Source: a bacterium
GTDB lineage: Bacteria; Joyebacterota; Joyebacteria; Joyebacterales; Joyebacteraceae
Assembly (NCBI GenBank): GCA_025774645.1
Contig: JALGVN010000003.1
Coordinates: forward strand, 1-56,024
Length of the DNA stretch: 56,024 bases
Reading direction: 5' to 3'
The notes beneath the pieces are model-generated. The model did no database searches. It saw only the letters and a program-made list of their open reading frames with translations, and was not told where the DNA came from. Position 1 is the stretch's first letter. Every line of letters begins with the position of its first letter. A program made the position numbers and the translations under genes. This document shows, piece after piece, positions 39,441 through 48,576 of the stretch.

Positions 39441-40688
39441 TCAGCCGCCGTCCGGCGGAGAGGTCTTGCCCCGGCCGCCGAGGCGCGCGAGGTCGAGACG
39501 GAGCGCCGAGACCGCCGCGTCGAGAGTCCGGCGTCCCGGGTTCGTCTGGTCCGACGTTGAGAGGAACTCGAGGAAGAACGCGACGGTCGCCCCGACGATG
39601 AGTCCGATGATCCCCGCGATGACGACCATGGCGGTGCGCCTGGGGCGCGTCCTGAGCTCCGCCGGCACCGGCCAATCGAGGACCTGCACGGTCGGCGTGT
39701 CCTTCGCTTCCTGGAGCCTGGCGGCCTCGTACTGCTGGACGAGGAACAGGTAGAGGGCGTTCCCTACCTCGACGTCGCGCACGAGCCGCGCGTACTCCAT
39801 CGCGAGATCGGGCAGCGTGGACAGGGCCGGCAGGACGACGCTCCCCCCGTCCGCGTCACCCGAGATCCCCCGCCCCGAGCGGAGCTCGTCGAGCGACTCG
39901 CGGTACTCGCGCACCTGCGTCTCGAGGCGCATGACCTCCGGATGGCCGCTCCTCGCGTAGTTGCGCACGACCTCGAGCTCTATCTCGGCCCTGGCGGCCT
40001 CCGCCTCGAGCGCCGCGTAGGCGGCTACGGCGGCCTGAGCCTGCTGGTCGAGACCGATGCCGCCGTGCTCCTTCTGGAATTCAGCCAGGCTCTCCTCGGC
40101 GTCCGTCATCTCGACGAGGGTCGCCTCGAGGCGCGACTCGGCGAACTCGCGGGTCCGCCGCGCCGCGGTCGTTCGCGCGTAGGAGTTGTATCTCTCGAGG
40201 GCTTCGATGTACGTCCGGACGATGTTCGCGGCCCGCTCGGGATCGCGCGCCTCGACCTCGATCGTCACCACGCCGTTCTCGTCGAGCGAGATCTCGGATC
40301 GGCGGCTGAGCGTCTCGAGCGCCTCGTCTACGGTGTCCGCACGGTAGACCGTCTGGAGATCGTTCTCGCGGATCACGTCCTCAGCCACGGTGCGGCTGAG
40401 GAGCACGCCGAGGCCGCTCTCTGAGGAGCCGGGCATGCGTGGGAGTTTGAGCAGGGGAAGCGCCGTCTCGACGAGCGACATGAGTCCGCCTGCGCCGGCG
40501 TCGGCCTCCGTCGGCAGTATCGATCCCCTGGACGTGTACCACTTGGGGAGCACGAGCGAGACGAGCGCCGTTGCAACGACGATGACTATGAAGTTCCAGT
40601 AGATGACCCTGCGCCAGTTGATCAGGACGCGGAGATAGTCGGCGAAGGGCTTCGCCTCGCGCTCGGGCGCCATGTTCCCGTCGGGCAT
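39441..40688 (-). CDS. Polysaccharide co-polymerase (Wzz/GumC-like chain-length determinant) without a kinase domain
   Basis: Has an N-terminal TM (IYWNFIVIVVATALVSLVLPKWYTS, Wzz motif region), a long periplasmic coiled-coil region and a C-terminal TM (MVVIAGIIGLIVGATVAFFL). No Walker motifs. Start trimmed to ATG 40688. Confidence 0.7.
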   Translation of the reverse strand: MPDGNMAPEREAKPFADYLRVLINWRRVIYWNFIVIVVATALVSLVLPKWYTSRGSILPTEADAGAGGLMSLVETALPLLKLPRMPGSSESGLGVLLSRTVAEDVIRENDLQTVYRADTVDEALETLSRRSEISLDENGVVTIEVEARDPERAANIVRTYIEALERYNSYARTTAARRTREFAESRLEATLVEMTDAEESLAEFQKEHGGIGLDQQAQAAVAAYAALEAEAARAEIELEVVRNYARSGHPEVMRLETQVREYRESLDELRSGRGISGDADGGSVVLPALSTLPDLAMEYARLVRDVEVGNALYLFLVQQYEAARLQEAKDTPTVQVLDWPVPAELRTRPRRTAMVVIAGIIGLIVGATVAFFLEFLSTSDQTNPGRRTLDAAVSALRLDLARLGGRGKTSPPDGG

Positions 40689-40735
40689 CGCGTTCCCCTC
40701 GGCTTCACCGGCCGCGGTCGTCTCCTCCCGCGGCG

Positions 40736-42349
40736 CTAGTTCTGCGTGGTGTACACAACCAGGTAGATCGTCGCCACCTGCGCGGCGACCAGCAGGACCT
40801 CCTTCGTGATCTCCCACCAGTCGCGGTCGGGCGTTCTCGGCACCCAGACCGTGTCGCCCGGCTCGATGGCGATCTTGCTGGACGGCTTGAGCCGGCTTCC
40901 GGAGTTCGCTTTCACGATCCGGACCCGGCTCTCGTACGCGTCGCTCGTGTAGCCGCCTGCGAGATCGACGTAGTAGTCGACGTCTCCGGCGGCGGCGTGT
41001 TGGATGAACCCCGGCGTGTGCACGGCCCCGCTCACGCGGACGACGTGGAGCGCACGCGGCACGTCGAGGATGTCCCCGTCCAGGAGCAGGACGTCCTCGG
41101 TCGCATCGTCGTGCAGGAAGAGCGCGGGGAAGTCGACCGAGACCTGATCGGCCAGCTCGATCCGCTGCGAGCTCAGGAACGAGGCCTCCTCCTCGGTGAG
41201 AGCTCCTCGCTCGCCTTCCTCCATCAGCGCGACGGCGCGGTCGATCGCCGTCTCCCGCTCGCCGGAGGCGCCCCTTCGGAGCGTCGCCCCCGTGAGGTCC
41301 GCGGACGGTGTGAACCCTCCGGCCCTCGCGATGACGTCCGTGAGTCGGTCCTCACCCTCGGCGACCGAGTAGGTTCCCGGATTGACGACCTCGCCTATGA
41401 CCTCGACGCGGGCGTCCTCGTGCCAGTGCTCGACAGCGCGGACGAAGACCCTGTCGCCGTCCTCCAGATCGACGCCGCGGCCCCTGGCCGGGTCGGCGTC
41501 GGTGAGATCGAGCGAGAAGGAAGTGTAGGTCAGTGGATCGTCGACGGCGAAGCGCACGAGCTCCACGTCGGACATGTTGGCGTCCGGTCGCGCGCCCCCG
41601 GCGAGCTCGACGATCCCGAGGAGACTGTCACCCTCGACGAGCTCGAACGTCCCGGGGAGGTTGACGGCGCCGACCACCTCGATCGAACGCGCGCGGAACG
41701 GAACGTGGATCTGGCTTCCGATCATGACGAGAGGGTTCGCGTCGAGGTCGCCCCGGTTCCGGTACTTCACGAGGTCGGCTGTACTGGTGCGTCCGCCGAA
41801 CCCCGACAGCGTGATCGTGCGCTGGGACCCCTCCTCGAGGATCCCGCCCGCGAGCGCGATCACCGCGGAGACCCTCGTGGCGGCCGTCGCGGTGTACTGC
41901 CCGGGGGCCAGCACGGCGCCCGTGACGTGCACGACGAGCTCGCGGGGGGCGATGAGGGTAAGCGTCATGTCGATGTCGACGTAGTACTCGTCGATCCTCG
42001 CGCGCACCGCGGCCGCGGCCTCGTCGATCGAGAGGCCCACCACGGTGATCGGCCCGCCGACGGGGAGCACGAAGTTCCCCTCGGGAGTCACCTCGATCGT
42101 GAGCGCGGCGTTGATCTCGCCCCAGAGTTTCAGAGCGAAAACGTCGTCGGGTCCGACCACGTACTCGGCCCGGTCGACGGGGGCGTCGAGCGCGGCCGTC
42201 GGTCTCGGAAGCGGAACCTCGGGAAGGACGAACTCCTCCGGCAGCCCCTCCTCCATCGCGGCGGGATTCTGAGCGAGGCCGGGCGGCGCGGCGGCCAGTG
42301 CGGCGGCCAACGCCAGAACGAGAACGATGAGTCGTCCGGTGTGCGTCAA
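40736..42349 (-). CDS. Polysaccharide export protein (Wza-like Poly_export domain plus several SLBB domains, C-terminal TM helix)
   Basis: Signal peptide. EYVVGPDDVFALKLWGEINA..VTPEGNFVLPVGGPITVVGLSIDEA (Poly_export). Repeated SLBB-like units follow (VTGAVLAPGQY, VVGAVNLPGTF, VIGEVVNPGTY, VSGAVHTPGF). Terminal TM EVLLVAAQVATIYLVVY. TTG start with AGGAG RBS. Confidence 0.8.
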   Translation of the reverse strand: MTHTGRLIVLVLALAAALAAAPPGLAQNPAAMEEGLPEEFVLPEVPLPRPTAALDAPVDRAEYVVGPDDVFALKLWGEINAALTIEVTPEGNFVLPVGGPITVVGLSIDEAAAAVRARIDEYYVDIDMTLTLIAPRELVVHVTGAVLAPGQYTATAATRVSAVIALAGGILEEGSQRTITLSGFGGRTSTADLVKYRNRGDLDANPLVMIGSQIHVPFRARSIEVVGAVNLPGTFELVEGDSLLGIVELAGGARPDANMSDVELVRFAVDDPLTYTSFSLDLTDADPARGRGVDLEDGDRVFVRAVEHWHEDARVEVIGEVVNPGTYSVAEGEDRLTDVIARAGGFTPSADLTGATLRRGASGERETAIDRAVALMEEGERGALTEEEASFLSSQRIELADQVSVDFPALFLHDDATEDVLLLDGDILDVPRALHVVRVSGAVHTPGFIQHAAAGDVDYYVDLAGGYTSDAYESRVRIVKANSGSRLKPSSKIAIEPGDTVWVPRTPDRDWWEITKEVLLVAAQVATIYLVVYTTQN

Positions 42350-42441
42350 ACTCGTCTCCTCGAGGTACGATCGACCCTCCGGGGGCCGATCCCGATCCGC
42401 TGCCTTCGGGACGGCGACGGATCGCTCAGGTCCGAACTTCT

Positions 42442-42471
42442 ATGATAGCCCGGGATGTGAGAGTGAGTCAA
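42442..42471 (-). promoter_or_regulatory. Putative sigma70-type promoter of the wza-pcp operon (TTGACT-N18-TATCAT)
   Basis: Minus-strand reading: cgTTGACTcactctcacatcccgggcTATCATagaag. Confidence 0.4.
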
Positions 42472-42490
42472 CGGCCGCGACTGTTGCCCG

Positions 42491-43027
42491 CTAGCCGTCC
42501 TTCTGCTCCCAGTCGTAGGGCACCTCGGTGCCGTGGGGATCGACCCGGTACTCGTCCGGATCGTCGTACTTGTAGGGCTCGGTCGGGCAGTTGATGAGGA
42601 AACCCGGCTCGGTGCCGATCGCCTTCATCCCGTGAAGGACCCCCGGCGGGATCGTGATGAGGAGGGGGTTCAGCTCCCCCATGAAGAACTCGTTGACCTC
42701 TCCGTGGGTCGGCGACTCCGGACGTCCGTCGTAGAGGACGACCTTCATCATCCCCTTGACGATCGTGAAGTAGTCGGTCTGCACCTTGTGGTAGTGCCAG
42801 CCCTTGACGACCCCCGGGAACGCGACGGACAGGTAGACCTGGCCGAACTTCCGGAAGATCTCGTCGTCCGCGCGGAGCATCTCCATGAGATAGCCCCGCT
42901 CGTCAGGGAGAAGCCTGAGCTCCTTGAAGGCGACGCCGTCGATGAGCCGCCCGGCCTTGACGCCCCTGGGCAGACCCGATCGGGCCCCGCCGCTACCGCC
43001 GCTACCGCCCTCGTTGTCCGCTGCCAT
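42491..43027 (-). CDS. RmlC-like cupin (dTDP-4-dehydrorhamnose 3,5-epimerase / sugar ketoisomerase family)
   Basis: ERGYLMEM...VKGWHYHKVQTDYFTIVKGMMKVVLYD...IPPGVLHGMKA is the typical cupin sugar-epimerase core. ATG 43027 is preferred (AGGAGG 5 nt upstream). The N-terminus has a Gly/Ser-rich tail. Confidence 0.62.
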   Translation of the reverse strand: MAADNEGGSGGSGGARSGLPRGVKAGRLIDGVAFKELRLLPDERGYLMEMLRADDEIFRKFGQVYLSVAFPGVVKGWHYHKVQTDYFTIVKGMMKVVLYDGRPESPTHGEVNEFFMGELNPLLITIPPGVLHGMKAIGTEPGFLINCPTEPYKYDDPDEYRVDPHGTEVPYDWEQKDG

Positions 43028-43051
43028 CGTCACCTCCTTCGGGAGACGGGC

Positions 43052-44365
43052 CTACGATCTCCCGCGCCCGACACCGACGTAACGGAATCCGTGAGCCTCG
43101 ATGTCACGGGGCTCGTATACGTTCCTGAGATCGACGACGACCGGCTCGGCCATGGTGCCCTTCAGGCGGTCGAAGTCGAGCTGTCTGAACTCGTTCCACT
43201 CGGTGACCACCACGAGCACGTGCGCGCCCTCGGCGGCCCTGTACCTCTCATCGACGTACTCGACACCCGGCATGATCGCGCGGGCGTTGTCCATCGCGAC
43301 GGGGTCGAAAGCCCTGACGTTCGCCCCGCGCTCCAGGAGTCCCTCGACGAGCACGATCGAGGAGGCGTAGCGCATGTCGTCGGTGTTCGGCTTGAAGGAG
43401 AGTCCGAGAACTCCCACGGTCTTGCCTTCCACGCTCCCGCCCGCCGCCTCGACGACCTTGTCGACCATCCTCTCCTTCTGCTCCCGGTTCACGCCGACGG
43501 CGGCATCGACGATCCTCGCCTCCGCGCCCGCGGCCTCGGCGATCCGGACGAGCGCCTTGGTGTCCTTCGGAAAGCACGACCCGCCGTACCCAGCGCCCGC
43601 GTGCAGGAACTTCGGACCGATCCGGCCGTCGAGCCCCATCGCGTACGCGACGACCTGGACGTCTGCGCCGACCTTCTCGCAGATGTTCGCGATCTCGTTA
43701 ATGAACGAGATCTTCGTCGCGAGAAAGGCGTTCGACGCGTACTTGATCAGCTCGGCAGACTCGGGAGTCGTCTCGACGATCGGCGTGTGGATGAGGTAGA
43801 GCGGCGCGTAGATGCTCCGCATGGTATCCATCGCCCTGTCGGTGTCGGCGCCGACCACGACCCTGTCGGGGCGCATGAAGTCGGCGACCGCGGAGCCTTC
43901 ACGGAGGAACTCGGGGTTGGAGACGACGTCGAACTCGTGCGGTTCGCTCTGCGCCTCCTCGACGATCTTCCGGAGACGCCGCGCGGTACCGACCGGCACC
44001 GTGCTCTTCTGAACGATCGCCCGGTAGCCGTCCATGTGCCTGCCGATGTCCCTCGCGACGGCGTCCACCTGCGACAGGTCGACCGCGCCGCCTTCTCCCT
44101 CCGGCGTTCCCACGGCGACGAAGATGACGTCGCAGTCGCGGATCGCGCTCTCGAGATCGGTCGTGAACGCGAGCCTGCCCTCGCGGACGTTCCGGAGCAC
44201 AACCTCGGAGAGGCCCGGTTCGTAGAACGGTATCTCGCCGCGCCTGAGCGCCTCGATCTTCTCCTCGACGAGGTCGACGCACGTCACGTCGTTCCCGAAG
44301 TCCGCAAGCCCGGCGCCGCCGACGAGGCCCACGTACCCTGTGCCTATCACTGCGATCTTGTGCAT
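43052..44365 (-). CDS. ugd: UDP-glucose 6-dehydrogenase
   Basis: MHKIAVIGTGYVGLV Rossmann motif, catalytic GGSCFPKDTKAL, and the C-terminal UDP-binding domain. Confidence 0.93.
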   Translation of the reverse strand: MHKIAVIGTGYVGLVGGAGLADFGNDVTCVDLVEEKIEALRRGEIPFYEPGLSEVVLRNVREGRLAFTTDLESAIRDCDVIFVAVGTPEGEGGAVDLSQVDAVARDIGRHMDGYRAIVQKSTVPVGTARRLRKIVEEAQSEPHEFDVVSNPEFLREGSAVADFMRPDRVVVGADTDRAMDTMRSIYAPLYLIHTPIVETTPESAELIKYASNAFLATKISFINEIANICEKVGADVQVVAYAMGLDGRIGPKFLHAGAGYGGSCFPKDTKALVRIAEAAGAEARIVDAAVGVNREQKERMVDKVVEAAGGSVEGKTVGVLGLSFKPNTDDMRYASSIVLVEGLLERGANVRAFDPVAMDNARAIMPGVEYVDERYRAAEGAHVLVVVTEWNEFRQLDFDRLKGTMAEPVVVDLRNVYEPRDIEAHGFRYVGVGRGRS

Positions 44366-44384
44366 CGGTCTCCTGAACTCCCCC

Positions 44385-45194
44385 CTACGCTTTCGCGGTC
44401 TCGCTCGCGCTGCAGGTGCGTTCGACCTCGATCGGCCCGAGCGCCTCGCCCTGCGAGGCGATGTGAACGGCGACGTCGGCGCGACCGGCGCGGTCGAGGA
44501 CGTCAGCCGCGCTCGCCGCCGCGAGCTCCGGCGTGTTGTTCTCCTGCGACAGATGAGCCAGAACGAGCGTCGACATCGGGCCGTCCGCCAGGCGCAGGAG
44601 TTCCTGCGCCGCCGTCACGTTCGACAAGTGTCCGACGTTGCTCATGATGCGTCGCTTCAATGGCCACGGATACGTCCCGTCGACGAGCATGCCTTCGTCA
44701 TGGTTGAATTCGAGGACCACGCAGTCGGCCATCTCCAGGTGTCGACGGACGCTCCTGCCCACGACGCCGAGGTCGGTGGCGATCGCGACAGTGCTCGTGC
44801 CGTCTGAGATCGAGTACCCCACCGGGTCGGCGCAGTCGTGGCTCACGGAGAAAGGCGCGACCGTCAGGTCTCCGATCTCGAACCGCCTGCCGGCATCGAT
44901 TGCGACCCTGTCGGGACACGTGCCCACGCGGCCGTCGATGGCCGCGTGAGTTCCCGAGGTCGCGTAGATCGGCAGGCAGAACCGCCGGGCCACGGGACCG
45001 AGGCCGCTGATGTGATCGGAGTGTTCGTGTGTGACGAGAACGGCCGAGAGTGTCTCGGGAGTGAGGCCCGCGGAGTCCATCGCGCCGGCGACCCGCTTCC
45101 CGGAGATCCCGGCGTCCACGAGCACGGCCGTCCCGTTCGACTCGACCACGATGGCGTTTCCGGAGCTCCCGCTCGCGAGTACGGCGACCCTCAT
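44385..45194 (-). CDS. MBL-fold metallo-hydrolase (YycJ/WalJ-like)
   Basis: MRVAVLASGSSGNAIVVES...VLVTHEHSDHISG (HxHxDH motif)...HLS. Start trimmed to ATG 45194 (GAGAGGAG RBS). Confidence 0.85.
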   Translation of the reverse strand: MRVAVLASGSSGNAIVVESNGTAVLVDAGISGKRVAGAMDSAGLTPETLSAVLVTHEHSDHISGLGPVARRFCLPIYATSGTHAAIDGRVGTCPDRVAIDAGRRFEIGDLTVAPFSVSHDCADPVGYSISDGTSTVAIATDLGVVGRSVRRHLEMADCVVLEFNHDEGMLVDGTYPWPLKRRIMSNVGHLSNVTAAQELLRLADGPMSTLVLAHLSQENNTPELAAASAADVLDRAGRADVAVHIASQGEALGPIEVERTCSASETAKA

Positions 45195-45277
45195 CCCGCT
45201 CCTCTCGGGTGACCTGTCTGTGTGGCGCAAACCGCCCCGCTTGGCGCACCTCGACGGCCGCCGCAGACCGGTTACGG

Positions 45278-45307
45278 ACGGTAGCACACGCTCCGCGGCC
45301 CGGTCAA
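45278..45307 (-). promoter_or_regulatory. Putative sigma70-type promoter of the MBL-ugd-cupin operon (TTGACC-N18-TACCGT)
   Basis: Minus-strand reading: ctaTTGACCgggccgcggagcgtgtgcTACCGTccg. Confidence 0.3.
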
Positions 45308-45371
45308 TAGGTCTCGCCCGCGCCGTTCCGCGGCCGCCCGGCGACGCCGGCCCGACGCCCCAGAAGGCGGG

Positions 45372-45397
45372 CACCCGAAGCAGATCAGCTTCGGGTG
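45372..45397 (-). terminator. Hairpin (10-bp stem) downstream of the small ORF
   Basis: cacccgaagc-agatca-gcttcgggtg read directly, 27 nt after the stop at 45424. Confidence 0.45.
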
Positions 45398-45423
45398 GCT
45401 CCGGGTCGTTCGCATGTCGGGGG

Positions 45424-45726
45424 TCAGCTCTCGTTGCTGCGCTCGTCGATGTACTGCGAGATGAGTCTCTCGAAGCGGCTGGCGTAGATGAGATCGAACT
45501 TGTCCATCAGATCGGGGATGATCTCATGGGCCTGACGCCTCACGCGCTGCGCGAGGACGGTCGCCTCCTGGCGATCGAGCCTCCCGCGAACAATCTCCTC
45601 GCAGGCGCTGTCAACCAACTCCCTCAGCGTCTCGAGCTTGTGCTCTTCTTCCCCGAGAAGCCGCGCCATCTCCGCGTCGTTGAACTGCTCGGTCATAGTG
45701 ACAGGCCGCTCCTTCATGTTGTTCAT
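45424..45726 (-). CDS. Small hypothetical helical protein (about 90-100 aa), no family recognised
   Basis: ORF with acceptable codon bias. It is bracketed by a near-consensus promoter (45747-45775) and a hairpin (45372-45397). Sequence MNNMKERPVTMTEQFNDAEMARLLGEEEHKLETLRELVD... is predicted all-alpha, with no TM or signal peptide. The true start (ATG 45726, 45717 or 45696) is uncertain. Confidence 0.5.
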   Translation of the reverse strand: MNNMKERPVTMTEQFNDAEMARLLGEEEHKLETLRELVDSACEEIVRGRLDRQEATVLAQRVRRQAHEIIPDLMDKFDLIYASRFERLISQYIDERSNES

Positions 45727-45746
45727 CGAGTGAGTCCCAATGGAGC

Positions 45747-45775
45747 ATTCTACGGCCCGAAGCCCCTCCGGTCAA
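45747..45775 (-). promoter_or_regulatory. Putative strong sigma70-type promoter of the small ORF (TTGACC-N17-TAGAAT)
   Basis: Minus-strand reading: gcTTGACCggaggggcttcgggccgTAGAATgctccattgggactcactcATG. The implied leader is only about 12-14 nt and has no SD. Confidence 0.45.
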
Positions 45776-45815
45776 GCTCGAAGGCCGCATCAGCGGCGGC
45801 CTCCGAGCAAGCCGC

Positions 45816-45844
45816 TTGACTCGGCCCACGCCCGAGCTTAGGCT
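45816..45844 (+). promoter_or_regulatory. Putative sigma70-type promoter of the membrane-TPR gene (TTGACT-N17-TAGGCT), back-to-back with the small-ORF promoter
   Basis: Plus-strand reading: gcTTGACTcggcccacgcccgagctTAGGCTcgtg, about 150 nt upstream of ATG 46003 (GGAGGG RBS). Confidence 0.3.
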
Positions 45845-46002
45845 CGTGAAGAGGTTGAGGTTCACGATGGCATGTTTCGTCTTCGCCGTCTGCCCGCACC
45901 CCCTCGTCAAGGACAGGGAAGAGCGGCGGCCCGGCGGCCGCCCTGCGGCTGCGGGCGAAATCACACAAACGACGACCATCAGACGGACGCGGAGGGTAGC
46001 AG

Positions 46003-48519
46003 ATGGACCAGGAGAGAACATCGGAGAGGCCGGCCGAAGAGCCGGCCGCTGACGCGAGAGGCGGAGGCGGCCTGCGGGAGTGGGTTCTCCGGATCGTCGA
46101 CCCGATCGAGCAGCTGCCGATGGGTCTCGGCAGATGGCTCCTCGTGCTTGCCGCGATCATCGTGCTGCGGCACTTCCTCGAGCAGGTCGCGGGGCAGCAG
46201 AAGACCCTCTACTTCCTCTCCTACTTCCTCCACTACCCCCTCGCCTACATCGCGCCGCTCCTGACGCTGTCGGTCGTCCTCTCGTGGCTGTCGGGCGAGC
46301 GGGTCGAGCGCGTAACGAAGCTGATGCTCTTCGCGTGGCTTCTGACGCTCCTCCCTCCCCTCATCGACATCGCCTTCGCGCGTACGCGGGAGACGCCGGA
46401 GCTCATCGGCTACCTCCTGCCGAAGGGGGACCGCCTCTGGCCCGCGTTCGTCAACCTCCTGAACCCGGCATACCGGGAGTTCCAGGGAACCACGGCAGGG
46501 ATCAGAATCGAAGCGGCGCTCGGCTGCCTCCTCGGCGCGTTCTACGTGCACCTGAAGACCCGGAACCTCGCCCGCGCCGTGGGGTCGTTCTTCGTCATCT
46601 ACGCGACGATGTTCTTCTTCTTCGCGCTCCCTCCCATCACCGTCGCGACCGTGAGGTTCCTGGGCGGCGATGTGGCGAACGTCTACCAGCTCTTCTTCGC
46701 GAAGGCGAGCATTCACCGGGCGTTCGTGAACGCGACTCCGTTCGGGCTCTCCGACCTCTCGAACGCTCTCATCGATCTCATGGTGCTCGCGCCCGTCCTG
46801 GCGGTGTGGGTCAGGCTCTACGACAGGACCAGGTTCGCGGTCCTCCGCAGCACGATCGACCCCGTGCAGACGCCCTACCACGTGATCGTCACGCTCGCGG
46901 GGCTCGTGTTCGGAGCGCGGCTCCTCCTGAACTCGACCGGACTCCTGGCGTTCACGCACCCGTTCGACGTGATCGCCCTGATCGGGATCCTCGGAGCATC
47001 GTTCTTCACGAGCCTGGCCGTCGTCGCCCTGCGGCGCATGACCGCCGAGGACGTCGACGCGGAACCGGAGAACCGCCGGCACCTGCTCGAGGTGGGGCTC
47101 GTCTCGTTCTCGTTCGCCACGCTCATGGCGCTCTCCGTGAGCTACGTCGCGCTCACACACGTGTTGGCGATCCTCGCCGTGTACTACCTGTACTACACGC
47201 CGCCGTTCAGGCTCGCGAGGTTCCCGCTTCTGGCCGGGTTCATGATCGGCGGGGCGACGACCTTCCTCTTCCTGCTCGGATACTCCGGATACGCGGGAGG
47301 GGCCGCCGCTCTGTGGCTCCCGGGGGCGGTGCTCCTCGCATGCGTCTTCGTTCCGACCCTCGTCCTGACCGGACGCGACCTGTGGGAGACGTCTCCCACG
47401 CTTCGGGAGAGCGAATGGAACCTGTCGCGGATCCTCGGGGAGAAGAAGCTCCGCGTCCTCCTCGGAGTTCTCGCGCTCGCCGCGTCGCTCCTCCCGGCGA
47501 TTCTCCTGAAGATGCCCGTGCTCCTGATTCCGGGAGCGGTCGTCGGAGTCGTCGGCGCCGCCGCCGCGATGACCAGACCGCCCGGCACGATGCCAGCCAC
47601 GCTCGCGGGGCTGGCGCTCACGCTCGTGGTCGCCGGCTTCTTCCTGAACGCGACGAACTCCGTCGTCTTGAGGGAGCAGCTCGCCGCCACGAGTTTCGCC
47701 GAGGCTGCCCGAACCGAGAGCTCGTTCGAGATGATCTCCCCGGACAGCGGCACCGAGGTGGCGCGCCACCTGCGCGAGGGCCTGGAGCGCTTCCGAAGGG
47801 GCGACATCGAGGGCGCCGCGGAGTCCTACCGGAACGCGGTCGAGGCCGACCCGGAGAATCCCCAGACGTACGTGGGCCTCGGAAGCGTCTACCTGCGCCT
47901 CGAGAGGCTGGAGGAAGCCGGCCGCGCCTTCAGGAGGGCGATCGCCATCACGCCAGACGACCCGATGGCGCACGTCGGGCTCGGGCAGGCCCTCAAACTC
48001 TCAGGCAATCCGGACGGTGCGATCGCCGCGCTCAACAGGGCTCTCGAGATCGACCCGCGGAACACGGACGCGGCCTACACGCTCTCCCTGGTCCACATGG
48101 ATCAGGGCGACATGGAAGACGAGTTCGAGGCGCTCAGGCTGACCGTGACGATCGATCCGCGCCACAGCCTGGCGCAGTCGAGGCTCGCCGACATGTTCCT
48201 GGCGAGCGGGCAGTACCGCGACGCGGTCGCGTCGCTCAGGGCCGTGCTCTCAGGGCGCACCCCCGTCGAGCACGTGCACACGCGGCTCGCGGAGGCCTAC
48301 TACGAGCTCGGCGAGTTCGAGACGGCCGAGGCAGAGCTCCGGAAGGAGATCCTCTTCCGCCCGAGGTCGCCGGCGCCGCGCGCGAACCTGGGACGGCTGC
48401 TTGCCGAGATGGGGAGAACCAACGAGGCGAGGGCGGAGTTCGAGGGAGCCCTCGAGCTGACGGAGGATCCGAGGTTCAGGGAGCGCCTCGAAGCGGAGAT
48501 CGCGGATCTCGGAAGGTAG
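46003..48519 (+). CDS. Polytopic membrane protein (about 14 TM, about 540 aa) fused to a C-terminal TPR domain (about 290 aa); function unknown
   Basis: 838-aa ORF with strong coding bias. Many hydrophobic helices (LLVLAAIIVL, LMLFAWLLTLLPPLI, FFVIYATMFFFFALPPI, LAILAVYYLYYTPPF, and others). At least 6 TPR units follow (AAESYRNAVEADPENPQTYVGLGSVY, AGRAFRRAIAITPDDPMAHVGLGQAL, AIAALNRALEIDPRNTDAAYTL...). The alternative-frame ORFs 46080..48536(+) and 45979..47973(-) are shadows. Confidence 0.75.
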   Translation: MDQERTSERPAEEPAADARGGGGLREWVLRIVDPIEQLPMGLGRWLLVLAAIIVLRHFLEQVAGQQKTLYFLSYFLHYPLAYIAPLLTLSVVLSWLSGERVERVTKLMLFAWLLTLLPPLIDIAFARTRETPELIGYLLPKGDRLWPAFVNLLNPAYREFQGTTAGIRIEAALGCLLGAFYVHLKTRNLARAVGSFFVIYATMFFFFALPPITVATVRFLGGDVANVYQLFFAKASIHRAFVNATPFGLSDLSNALIDLMVLAPVLAVWVRLYDRTRFAVLRSTIDPVQTPYHVIVTLAGLVFGARLLLNSTGLLAFTHPFDVIALIGILGASFFTSLAVVALRRMTAEDVDAEPENRRHLLEVGLVSFSFATLMALSVSYVALTHVLAILAVYYLYYTPPFRLARFPLLAGFMIGGATTFLFLLGYSGYAGGAAALWLPGAVLLACVFVPTLVLTGRDLWETSPTLRESEWNLSRILGEKKLRVLLGVLALAASLLPAILLKMPVLLIPGAVVGVVGAAAAMTRPPGTMPATLAGLALTLVVAGFFLNATNSVVLREQLAATSFAEAARTESSFEMISPDSGTEVARHLREGLERFRRGDIEGAAESYRNAVEADPENPQTYVGLGSVYLRLERLEEAGRAFRRAIAITPDDPMAHVGLGQALKLSGNPDGAIAALNRALEIDPRNTDAAYTLSLVHMDQGDMEDEFEALRLTVTIDPRHSLAQSRLADMFLASGQYRDAVASLRAVLSGRTPVEHVHTRLAEAYYELGEFETAEAELRKEILFRPRSPAPRANLGRLLAEMGRTNEARAEFEGALELTEDPRFRERLEAEIADLGR

Positions 48520-48576
48520 CCCGCAGGTCGGGGTGACCGGGCGCTGTCGGCGCGCCCATCGTTCGGACGTCGGGCG

